32,000 nt of DNA from NCBI GenBank assembly GCA_022843095.1, contig JALHOH010000001.1, forward strand, positions 60,001-92,000. Reading direction: 5' to 3'. Source of the DNA: Candidatus Saccharimonadota bacterium. GTDB taxonomy: Bacteria; Patescibacteriota; Patescibacteriia; 2-12-FULL-60-25. The notes beneath the pieces are model-generated. The model saw only the letters and a program-made list of their open reading frames with translations. It ran no database searches and was not told the origin of the DNA. Shown piece after piece: positions 15,400 to 22,985 of this stretch. The position numbers and the translations under genes were made by a program. Each line of letters starts with the position of its first letter. Position 1 is the stretch's first letter.

Positions 15400-15581
15400 G
15401 ATGTACTCCTTCCGTGAGGTTGGCTCCCTCACGGAGCCGAGGTTTGTTGCGTTGAAAGTCCTTTCAGTGCTACCCACGCATCAGTGCGCGGACAGTCCCT
15501 GAAGCCATCCCGCCTGCCTGGGACAAGGAGGAGGTATCCCAAGCGCCGGAATGGCTTCAAACACTGTCATCGTGACGACAT

Positions 15582-15610
15582 AACGTATCAAAAAACGACA
15601 ATTTTGTCAA
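15582..15610 (-). promoter_or_regulatory. putative promoter for gene 14092-15399
   Basis: Minus strand reads CATCCCTTGACAA with TTGACA at 15610-15605, a 17-nt spacer, then TACGTT (15587-15582). This implies a leader of about 175 nt. Confidence 0.35.
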
Positions 15611-15637
15611 GGGATGGAAGACATCCTTGAAAACCAA

Positions 15638-15669
15638 CAAAAAAACCGCCCGTTTTTGGGAGGTTTTTT
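15638..15669 (-). terminator. intrinsic terminator after wzz-like gene
   Basis: AAAAAAAACCGCCC-GTTTTT-GGGAGGTTTTTT (one mismatch in the stem). On the minus strand it is followed by an 8-T run, 17 nt after the stop at 15686. Confidence 0.6.
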
Positions 15670-15685
15670 GATCAGACTCTGCCTT

Positions 15686-16297
15686 CTACCCTCGTTTGGA
15701 CACGCTCCACAGCACCCAACCAACCCCTAAAAAGAACCCAAGAAGCGCCCCATACGCCGTGATACTGACAAACTGCGGACGGGCAAACCATCGGGAATCC
15801 AGTGGCGCATCGATGACCTGCATGCGTACGCCATTCCCAAAGTAGTCCTGCGCCAATTTTGCGATCTCGGAAGCCGCAGAAACCACCAGCACACGCGCCT
15901 GCAATCGATCTTCGTGATACGTCGTGACCGTCATGATCCCGGTTCCAGCCGCGACGGATGTTTCGATGGTTTCTCGCCATTTTTCACGTTTCTTATACTC
16001 GTCCACCGGAAAATACGTGGCATCGAATTCCTTTGCCGCATCCAACGTGTCCGCATAAAAAGACGTGGAATACACCAGTTCCTGCAGGGATGTGGCGATC
16101 CGTTCCGTAGCCTTGATCGACGTATACGGATCAACGCTCCCGGCGTTTGGCTGGGTAATCAGCAACCGCACGGATGAGGAGTACTGACGCGGCAAAAGAA
16201 GGCTAAATCCAAAGGCAAGCACGGCGCCAAGCACCGCCATCCCGATCAAACTCCGCCAGGCGTGGGCCATATGACGGCCGTACTGCGGGGAAGACAT
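15686..16297 (-). CDS. Wzz-like polysaccharide chain-length determinant family protein (two TM helices flanking an extracytoplasmic domain)
   Basis: N-terminal TM LIGMAVLGAVLAFGFSLLL is followed by PRQYSSSVRLLI (Wzz-type motif after TM1). C-terminal TM VSITAYGALLGFFLGVGWVLW. ATG 16297 is preferred over the track's GTG at 16339. Confidence 0.5.
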   Translation of the reverse strand: MSSPQYGRHMAHAWRSLIGMAVLGAVLAFGFSLLLPRQYSSSVRLLITQPNAGSVDPYTSIKATERIATSLQELVYSTSFYADTLDAAKEFDATYFPVDEYKKREKWRETIETSVAAGTGIMTVTTYHEDRLQARVLVVSAASEIAKLAQDYFGNGVRMQVIDAPLDSRWFARPQFVSITAYGALLGFFLGVGWVLWSVSKRG

Positions 16298-16380
16298 GTG
16301 GTCAGTATAGCACAGTTCCTTCCAGACGGAAGCGCGCACCCTTCCCCTTTTTCCCGGCTTCCCGTAGGCTCAACACAGGT

Positions 16381-16746
16381 ATGTCTCTCCGCATGGAAGC
16401 TGGATTTGAACACCTCCGCGAAGCCTTGGCCGAAACCCTTCGTGAAGAGGTGGATTTTCCGCGTGGCATGTTGGTTACGGTGCTTGGCGCAAAAATGACG
16501 CAAAACACCGCTCATGCGCGCATCGTTCTGTCGGTTGTGCCAAACACGGCGCAAGAAACCGTCCTCGAAACGCTGCGGGAGTTTCAGCATGAGGTCAAAG
16601 ACGGCTTGGCAAAACGCCTGCGCTTGCGCCGGATTCCAAACCTACACTACGTCTTTGATGAAACCGAAGCAGACGCCGCCGTCATCGAAGAACATCTAAA
16701 AAATCTCCGCGCATCCGGAGAAATCACGCCCCCAGACGCAGAATAA
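16381..16746 (+). CDS. rbfA: ribosome-binding factor A
   Basis: LAETLREEVDFPRGMLVTVLGAKMTQNTAHARIVLSV and LAKRLRLRRIPNLHYVFDET match the RbfA pattern (R-x-P-x-L-x-F-x-x-D). Confidence 0.8.
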   Translation: MSLRMEAGFEHLREALAETLREEVDFPRGMLVTVLGAKMTQNTAHARIVLSVVPNTAQETVLETLREFQHEVKDGLAKRLRLRRIPNLHYVFDETEADAAVIEEHLKNLRASGEITPPDAE

Positions 16747-16752
16747 AGAACA

Positions 16753-16778
16753 CCCCCGGAAACCGTTGTTTCCGGGGG
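16753..16778. terminator. hairpin terminator at rbfA / orphan-gene convergent junction
   Basis: Perfect 11-bp stem CCCCCGGAAAC-CGTT-GTTTCCGGGGG between the stops at 16746 (+) and 16785 (-). The flanking T-runs are weak. Confidence 0.5.
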
Positions 16779-16784
16779 CTTGAG

Positions 16785-17681
16785 TCAGATCACCTTCACG
16801 CCGATCGCCTCGTGCGTGAAGGTGGAGCGATCGTCCGTCACGGGGCGAATCTCTCGCATCGTGACAACGTCGCCCTGCTTCACGCAGTGGAACGTCCCAG
16901 CCGGAGCCAAGATGTTCTTGTAGTAGAGCTTCACGAGCTCCACCGTCTTGGGCCCGCGGCGCACGACGATCGCGCCCGTGCCGCGCACCGGGTTGAACCA
17001 GCGCACGCGGCCCCGTCCGACCGGGATGTCCTGGACGAACACCTCGTCCGAGACCTCCTCGAACCCCCTGCCGTCGAACGGCGGGAGGGACCCGATCTCG
17101 TGCGGAAACCGCTCGTCCATGAAGGCGAGCAACTCCGCGGAGAAATCTCCGCTGGTGTCGCGCCCCTCGAGCTCGGGGCAGCGATAGATCTCCGCCGGGG
17201 TCGAGGACGCACCTTCGTCGTTCTCGTACCCGCGGCAAAGCGCCATCGCGCTCTCCTGCTGGACGAAAAACGGGATGCCATGCTGGACGACGACGCCCAG
17301 CTGCACGCGGATGAGCTTCCCGTCCAGAAGCTCCATCACCGTGCACTGCCCCTGATTCTGATCGATGAACACGCCGTCGCCGCGCATCGGCAACGGCTTG
17401 CAGAAGGCGCTGATGAAGTACTCCGCCTTCGTCGGATCCTCGGTGCGGGACTTGTCGATCCGACGCTTCTCGAGCACCTGGAAGCCGTCGCGCGTCTTGT
17501 CGACGTAGACCGTGGCGCGCTGCATCAGGAGCGTCTCCGGGTACACCACCCGGAGCACGATCTTGTCCTCGGGACGCACGCGCGTCCCGTCCATCCCCTG
17601 GATTCGCTCCCCGTGACGGGGGGTGAACGGGATGATCTTGTTGCCGCGGACGATGTGACCGAAGACCTCGAGGTTGTTCAT
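16785..17681 (-). CDS. hypothetical protein with C-terminal cold-shock-like (OB-fold) segment
   Basis: 298 aa with an ATG preceded by GGGAG. It is more GC-rich than its neighbours. The C-terminus GRVRWFNPVRGTGAIVV...VKLYYKNI...VKQGDVV...EAIGVKVI resembles the CSD pattern G-x-V-K-W-F-N-x-x-K-G-F-G-F-I. The N-terminal 220 aa have no motif I recognise. Confidence 0.6.
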   Translation of the reverse strand: MNNLEVFGHIVRGNKIIPFTPRHGERIQGMDGTRVRPEDKIVLRVVYPETLLMQRATVYVDKTRDGFQVLEKRRIDKSRTEDPTKAEYFISAFCKPLPMRGDGVFIDQNQGQCTVMELLDGKLIRVQLGVVVQHGIPFFVQQESAMALCRGYENDEGASSTPAEIYRCPELEGRDTSGDFSAELLAFMDERFPHEIGSLPPFDGRGFEEVSDEVFVQDIPVGRGRVRWFNPVRGTGAIVVRRGPKTVELVKLYYKNILAPAGTFHCVKQGDVVTMREIRPVTDDRSTFTHEAIGVKVI

Positions 17682-17771
17682 GTCTACTCCCTACCCTGTC
17701 GCTTCACAGGGCACATGTGAAAAGAACATCAACGCGTTTCGGCGACATGCCGAGCACGATGTTGACGTACG

Positions 17772-17800
17772 ACTCTAGCAAAATTTCGTGTTTTTGTCAA
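17772..17800 (-). promoter_or_regulatory. putative promoter for gene 16785-17681
   Basis: Minus strand reads TTGACA (17800-17795), a 17-nt spacer, then TAGAGT (17777-17772). Confidence 0.45.
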
Positions 17801-17889
17801 CCGTCGGTAAACAAATTCCGAAGATGCGGTTTTATAGGATTCGCCCATTGTTCGCGTGTGCGGTACGATGAACCCCATCTCGACTCACT

Positions 17890-18654
17890 ATGCATACACT
17901 CTCACGTCTTTTCTTGATTCCAGGGCTGGTAGCACTTATTGGCGCGGGTTGTACACCTCCCCCGCCGGATGCACCTGTCACGCCGGGAACCGTCCAAAAC
18001 CCCGCACCACCGACCGCTGAAACGGCACAAAACGGCTGCAACCATCCGTACTTGCCACTGAAGCAAGGTTACGAAGTGCAATATCGGTCCAACAATCCGG
18101 ATTTGCGAGGGTACACAATGCGTGTCGCGAACGACGGGCCAAACGTCGCAAACCTTTCCTATTCAACAGCGGACACGTTTGTCGCCCACGTGGTGCGCTG
18201 TGCTGACGGGGCACTCAGTGAAGATTCGTACTTGGATTTGAGCCAATTCTTCGTCCGGAGCAACTCAGACGTCCGCGTGGTCGCGCGTCGGATGGAAGGA
18301 GCCCTACTCCCCCGTGACTTGCGCGTTGGGAGTCGGTGGTCTGCGCGTTTTGAAGGCGCGGCAGAAACGGCACAGGCGGGCGGCGTTCGATCTGAGGTCA
18401 AAGTAGAAGGGATCAAAGAAGCCGTCGCGACCGAAACCGTAACTACCGCCGCCGGATCCTTTCCGAACGCACTCAAAGTCAAAGCGACCTACGTCATCAA
18501 GACCAAGATGCTTGCCCCAGCCGTGATGGATCTCCCAGAAATTCGGTTTGAGGGGACGGAATGGTGGGCACCGGGCAAAGGACTTGTGAAGAGCGTTTCC
18601 GGGGTCGCCGGACAAAGCATCGATGTGGAAGCGGCGCGTATCCAAACACCGTAA
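17890..18654 (+). CDS. putative lipoprotein, function unknown
   Basis: Signal peptide MHTLSRLFLIPGLVALIGAG|C is followed by a Pro-rich linker (TPPPPDAPVTPGTVQNPAPPTAE) and a beta-rich body. Confidence 0.6.
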   Translation: MHTLSRLFLIPGLVALIGAGCTPPPPDAPVTPGTVQNPAPPTAETAQNGCNHPYLPLKQGYEVQYRSNNPDLRGYTMRVANDGPNVANLSYSTADTFVAHVVRCADGALSEDSYLDLSQFFVRSNSDVRVVARRMEGALLPRDLRVGSRWSARFEGAAETAQAGGVRSEVKVEGIKEAVATETVTTAAGSFPNALKVKATYVIKTKMLAPAVMDLPEIRFEGTEWWAPGKGLVKSVSGVAGQSIDVEAARIQTP

Positions 18655-18680
18655 TCACAACGCATAGATGCGCGTATTGA

Positions 18681-18700
18681 CCGGGGCACTGCCCCGGTTT
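18681..18700 (+). terminator. possible terminator hairpin after lipoprotein gene
   Basis: CCGGGGC-ACT-GCCCCGG followed only by TTT. Confidence 0.35.
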
Positions 18701-18716
18701 ACGCTGCGTGATCCGC

Positions 18717-19709
18717 ATGACTCGTCCATCCACCCCCGGCGTCTCCGACGCCCTGACACTCCTCCGCCAAGCGCGGCGGGTGTTGTGCGTGGCGGACGGA
18801 AAACCGGATGGCGATTCCATCGGTTCCACAACGGCATTCCTGTGTTGGCTTGAACGCGAAGGTGTCGACGCGGTCGGTTTTTCGATCGAGCCAATCCCAT
18901 CGTCCCTGCGATTCTTGGATGGCGTCGAACGCATGACCTCTGATCCGGCTATTTTTTCTGAACCATTTGATCTGGTCTGTACGTTTGATGCCTCCGATCC
19001 CACTCGATGCGGCATTACCACCCTTGGACCCAACCTTCCCGACCGGGCCGATGGAACGCGTCCGCCTATCATCGTGTTTGATCACCATGTCACCAATCCA
19101 CGTTACGGTACCGTGAATCTGGTCCAAACCGATGCCTGTGCCACCTGTGACGTGTTGGTACGGTTTTTTGAGGAGCTGGGCGAACGTCTGGATCATCGCA
19201 TGGCCACCTCGCTTTTGACCGGACTCTGCACCGACACCTCGACGTTTCTAAACTCTGGCACAACGGCGCGCGGCTTAGAGTCCGCCGCCGCCTGCATCGC
19301 GTCCGGCGCACGGTTTCATGACATTCAACGTCACCTCGTCAAAAACCTCACCACCGAACGACTGCGCCTCTGGGGACTCGCCCTCGCACGATTGCATCAT
19401 GACCCTTCCAAGGATCTGGCAACCACGTATTTTTTGCGGGAAGACATCCGGACCCCCGCGGACGAAGAAGCGGTGGAAGGGATGTCGAATTTTCTGAACG
19501 CCGTGTGTGGCAGTTCTGGGACGTTTCTCGTGCTTCGCGAACTGGAGAATGGATTTGTGAAAGGAAGTTTTCGGAGTGTGAACCGAGATGTTGCCGCGCT
19601 CGCGAAGCAGCTTGGCGGCGGCGGTCATAAAAAAGCGGCAGGGTTCAAAATCCCGGGAAAAATCCAGGTGATTGAGGGGCGCCCAACGGTCCTTCCCCCG
19701 GAAAATTAG
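18717..19709 (+). CDS. nrnA: DHH/DHHA1 phosphoesterase (NrnA-like oligoribonuclease / pAp phosphatase)
   Basis: DHH motifs are PDGDSIGS, TFDASD, VFDHHV and GLCTDTSTF. The DHHA1 motif is GGGGHKKAAGF. ATG 18717 is preferred; the track start at 18708 is GTG. Confidence 0.8.
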   Translation: MTRPSTPGVSDALTLLRQARRVLCVADGKPDGDSIGSTTAFLCWLEREGVDAVGFSIEPIPSSLRFLDGVERMTSDPAIFSEPFDLVCTFDASDPTRCGITTLGPNLPDRADGTRPPIIVFDHHVTNPRYGTVNLVQTDACATCDVLVRFFEELGERLDHRMATSLLTGLCTDTSTFLNSGTTARGLESAAACIASGARFHDIQRHLVKNLTTERLRLWGLALARLHHDPSKDLATTYFLREDIRTPADEEAVEGMSNFLNAVCGSSGTFLVLRELENGFVKGSFRSVNRDVAALAKQLGGGGHKKAAGFKIPGKIQVIEGRPTVLPPEN

Positions 19710-19811
19710 CACTCAGTCAATTTGACTGCTAAGATGTTTTTTGCTAATCTTTCCTCTATTATGTTGCACAATCCTTACGAAATCTCGAACCTCCGCACGC
19801 AAAATTCTTGG

Positions 19812-20384
19812 ATGATTCCAACGGTGATCGAGAAAACCCATCAAGGTGAACGCGCCTACGACATTTATTCGCGATTGCTCAAAGATCGCATCATCATGCT
19901 TGGCTCCGCTATCGATGATGACGTCGCGAACGTGGTCGTGGCACAGCTCCTGTTTTTGGAGAGCCAGGACAAAACCAAAGACATTAAACTGTACATCAAC
20001 TCCCCAGGTGGATCGGTGACGGCGGGTCTGGCCATCTACGATGCGATGCAGTACGTCAAACCAGACGTCTCCACGATTTGTGTCGGGATGGCGGCGTCCA
20101 TGGGTGCGGTATTGCTCGCTGGTGGTGCAAAGGGCAAGCGATTTGCGCTCCCGAACTCCGAGATCATGATCCACCAGGTGCTGGGCGGCTTTCAGGGTCA
20201 GGCGACGGACATCAAAATCCACGCCGAGCGCATCCTCAAGATCAAAGAGAATCTGAATGGGATTCTTGCGAAACACACGGGACAAATGCTGAAGCGTGTT
20301 CAAGAAGACACCGAACGCGATAACTTCATGGAAGCAGAAGAGGCACGCAAATACGGTCTCATCGATCACGTCATCAAGGCGTAA
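19812..20384 (+). CDS. clpP: ATP-dependent Clp protease proteolytic subunit
   Basis: [36 protein letters not shown]..., [16 protein letters not shown] and [11 protein letters not shown] (Ser nucleophile), then IMIHQVLGG (His). In-frame alternative starts are TTG 19722, ATG 19734 and ATG 19761. I chose 19812 because ClpP proteins I recall begin close to the conserved IPTVIE motif. Confidence 0.95.
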   Translation: MIPTVIEKTHQGERAYDIYSRLLKDRIIMLGSAIDDDVANVVVAQLLFLESQDKTKDIKLYINSPGGSVTAGLAIYDAMQYVKPDVSTICVGMAASMGAVLLAGGAKGKRFALPNSEIMIHQVLGGFQGQATDIKIHAERILKIKENLNGILAKHTGQMLKRVQEDTERDNFMEAEEARKYGLIDHVIKA

Positions 20385-20386
20385 CG

Positions 20387-20410
20387 AAAAACGGGCTTTG
20401 GCCCGTTTTT
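20387..20410. terminator. bidirectional intrinsic terminator (clpP / spoIID-like junction)
   Basis: Perfect hairpin AAAAACGGGC-TTTG-GCCCGTTTTT, with A- and T-runs on both sides. Confidence 0.75.
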
Positions 20411-20411
20411 G

Positions 20412-22883
20412 TTATTTATACGCGCGTCGGAGCTCGATGCCGCGATAGAACCATTGCAGGATCTCGTCATAGCGCTTGCCATCATTCGCCATTCCAAGCG
20501 CCCCAGTCGCGGACATACCAACGCCATGCCCCCAAAGCGTTTTTCCCTGATCCCACGGCACCGGCACCGAGGTAAGCCATGGATACGGCCCGCCGCCCCA
20601 CACTTCGGTCCACGAACGGGTCCGGCCGTCGGATCGAGAAAAATACGCCGTGATCGCCAATTTCCCTTGATACGTCACGATCTGACCGCGCGTCGCATTT
20701 ACGGCCGCCACAATATTTGGACTCCGCGCTTCCTGCCCGTACCCGCGATACACCTGGTCGTAGGTTGCATCTACGATGAAAAACTTGCTTGCATGCTTGG
20801 TGCCGCGGGTCACGTGATACATGGCATACGTTCGCGCCGCGGTCAGCAACGCACGCTGATATTCCTGTGGCGAGATGTTGGATGTTTCCGCAATCCCGCG
20901 GAGATACGTCTCGATCGGCAATTCATTGATGATCCACACTTCGTTCGTCGCTGGGGTAAACCGAAGCTCCAGCTGGGCACGGAAGGTGTTGTCGTTTGCC
21001 CCGGGCAACCAACCGACCGGACGGGAGAAATCCGCAATTTCCATGGGCGCCGATCCATCCTCCGCCTTCACCAAATACCACGCACTCCCCTGACCATTGC
21101 ACGCACCTCCGGTGATACTGTATTGCGCGGACGATCGGCTGTAGGCAACCGTAATAAGCTCCCCGGTTTGAACGCGACACACCGTTTGCCCGCCTTGCGT
21201 CACAACAAGTGGCGCAAACTTTGCGCGGATCTGCATTTTATCGTCCGTCGTCTTGAATAACCCGACACGGATGATCGGCTCATTCGGCAAGGTGCTCACA
21301 TCGCCGTTTAACGGGATCGGATTAAGCGAAGGGACGTCTGACGCGGTTTGCGAGGTCGAAGGGGGAGATGGACGCGGCGTCGGAGTCGGCGTGGTCGGAA
21401 TCACACGCGGCGGGACCGGCTCCGCCTCGATAACCCCATCCGCCGTGACCGTGATCGGCAGCTCAAAATCTCCGCCTTCTACCGGCTTTCCATCGGCCTG
21501 GAGCGCAAACTTTACGGCGTACTGCCCCCGTTTTGCCGGCGCTTTGATACGAAACGAGATAAACCCAAGTTCTCCCGGCTTGGTTGGTTTATCAACCCGT
21601 GTTGGCTCCACACTCGAAATCCAGGTGAGATCTTTGACCGTATACGCAGGACCAGAAAGCGCCGGCTGCAACCCCAGCATTCTGAGTGAATGCGTCTTCC
21701 AGGTCACGTCCCCCAAATTCTTGAATCCAAACGTCACCTCTTGCTTGGCGCTTCCGTACAACGACAACGCCTGCGCAGAACGAAGCAACAACTGCGTCGC
21801 ATACTTTGTCCCCGTTTGGATGGGTTGCGGCTGAGTTTCTCCGGATTGCGTGAGCGGTTTTGTATCCGCGATTCCCGCCGGCATCTGCGCCAGATACTGG
21901 GCATTCATGGGGACGTTAATGGGGATGATAAACGTCGAACCCGAAATCCACGCCACCTTCTCTGCCGCGAGCGCGAACTCTTCTTTGTACGTGCCCGGCG
22001 CCCATGGAGCACGCAACCACAAATCAAACGTCGCCTCTTGTCCTGGGCGAACCTCCGCTTCTTTCATCTTTGCGGCTTGCGTTTTGTTGACCCAATCCGG
22101 CCCCCCGAACGCACTTTGACGTTCTTTGTTTCCTGTCACCGCATACAGCGAGACGTACCCCGCCCCTTCCCGCTTCCAGGTCTTCGTTCCCGTATTCTTG
22201 ATGCGGATCGGGGCGCGGACCAATTGTTCCAACTCCAACTGCCATTCACTCCCCCCTTTGTCTACCACCGTTGCCGCCCATTCAGTGGAAGCAGGAATAG
22301 GAGTCGAAGCAACGATCGGCGTCGCCGGCGCCGACACCGTGACCGCCGTTGGCGTAGTCGGTGCGGTCGCCGTCGTTCCGGATGGAACGTTTAATTTGAT
22401 GCGAAAATTCGTGTTCTTGATCCACGCAATGTCCTCGGCGCACAAAATAAACTCCTCGTCATAACTTCCTGGAGTACTTGGTGCCGTCACAGAAAAAACA
22501 AACAGCGCGCTATTTCCCGGTGCTACCTCCTTTGCGCCAAGTTTTGCCGGCTGCAGGATCGTACGCCATCCGGTCCCCGCAAACACGCTCGGTACTTCCT
22601 TTTTGGTTCCCGCATCATACCGGTAGATAGAGACGTAATTTGCCCCATCCATGAACCAGGACCGCTGCCCGGTGTTTTTGATTGTCACGCGTACCGTCGC
22701 ACTCGCCCCAGCCGCAAGCTGAGTCGGTGCATCTACCGAAACCACCAATCCGGAATAGAAGGTGTGCGCCGGTGCAGCCATGGCGGTACCAAACGGAAAC
22801 AAAAGCTGCGCCAACATCAAACACAGAGCGACCAGGACACGGACGCTCCCCGCGAATGTTCGCAAAAACCACGCGCGCGGCAT
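20412..22883 (-). CDS. secreted SpoIID/LytB-domain protein with three N-terminal Ig-like (NBR1-like) repeats
   Basis: Signal peptide MPRAWFL...LLFPFGTAMA. Three modules of about 120 aa each carry the [RVT/IR/GF]-IKN-[TL]G-x-x-x-W pattern and the (S/G)-x-Y-x-x-x-F-x-L pattern. A Pro/Thr linker follows. The C-terminal SpoIID domain has ETYLRGIAE, AARTYA, AYFSRSDGRT and WGHGVGMSATGALGMA. Confidence 0.85.
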   Translation of the reverse strand: MPRAWFLRTFAGSVRVLVALCLMLAQLLFPFGTAMAAPAHTFYSGLVVSVDAPTQLAAGASATVRVTIKNTGQRSWFMDGANYVSIYRYDAGTKKEVPSVFAGTGWRTILQPAKLGAKEVAPGNSALFVFSVTAPSTPGSYDEEFILCAEDIAWIKNTNFRIKLNVPSGTTATAPTTPTAVTVSAPATPIVASTPIPASTEWAATVVDKGGSEWQLELEQLVRAPIRIKNTGTKTWKREGAGYVSLYAVTGNKERQSAFGGPDWVNKTQAAKMKEAEVRPGQEATFDLWLRAPWAPGTYKEEFALAAEKVAWISGSTFIIPINVPMNAQYLAQMPAGIADTKPLTQSGETQPQPIQTGTKYATQLLLRSAQALSLYGSAKQEVTFGFKNLGDVTWKTHSLRMLGLQPALSGPAYTVKDLTWISSVEPTRVDKPTKPGELGFISFRIKAPAKRGQYAVKFALQADGKPVEGGDFELPITVTADGVIEAEPVPPRVIPTTPTPTPRPSPPSTSQTASDVPSLNPIPLNGDVSTLPNEPIIRVGLFKTTDDKMQIRAKFAPLVVTQGGQTVCRVQTGELITVAYSRSSAQYSITGGACNGQGSAWYLVKAEDGSAPMEIADFSRPVGWLPGANDNTFRAQLELRFTPATNEVWIINELPIETYLRGIAETSNISPQEYQRALLTAARTYAMYHVTRGTKHASKFFIVDATYDQVYRGYGQEARSPNIVAAVNATRGQIVTYQGKLAITAYFSRSDGRTRSWTEVWGGGPYPWLTSVPVPWDQGKTLWGHGVGMSATGALGMANDGKRYDEILQWFYRGIELRRAYK

Positions 22884-22985
22884 ACGTCTTCCTTTGGATC
22901 ATACCAAATATTCGTCAACGAGGGATAGATTCCGCATAAAACGCATTCAATTCCCCTTTTTCCTGATCCCGGCTATCCTTCCCTC

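Noticed and set aside
15400-15450. Alternative hairpins (GGCUCC/GGAGCC versus CCGUGAGG/CCUCACGG) in the leader of gene 14092-15399 as a possible riboregulator
   Set aside because: The helices touch only the first bases of the GGAAGGAG site and leave AGGAG free. The evidence is too thin to call a switch.
13999-15502. Plus-strand ORFs 13999-15417 (472 aa) and 14456-15502 (348 aa) antisense to 14092-15399
   Set aside because: Same reasoning. The sequences are Arg/Pro/Ser-rich, while the minus frame has a signal peptide, a strong Shine-Dalgarno and a coherent domain layout.
15551-15583. 10-codon micro-ORF MASNTVIVTT downstream of AAGGAGGAGG
   Set aside because: The SD-to-ATG spacing is about 16 nt, which is too long. 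It also lies on the strand opposite the leader of gene 14092-15399. Probably fortuitous.
16812-17720. 302-aa plus-strand ORF antisense to 16785-17681
   Set aside because: Arg/Leu/His/Asp-rich shadow frame that would run through the terminator hairpin region. The minus frame has a promoter, a ribosome site and a CSD-like motif.
19713-21260. Antisense ORFs 19713-20369 (-, 218 aa) opposite clpP and 20409-21260 (+, 283 aa) opposite the SpoIID domain
   Set aside because: The opposite strands carry unmistakable ClpP and SpoIID motifs.
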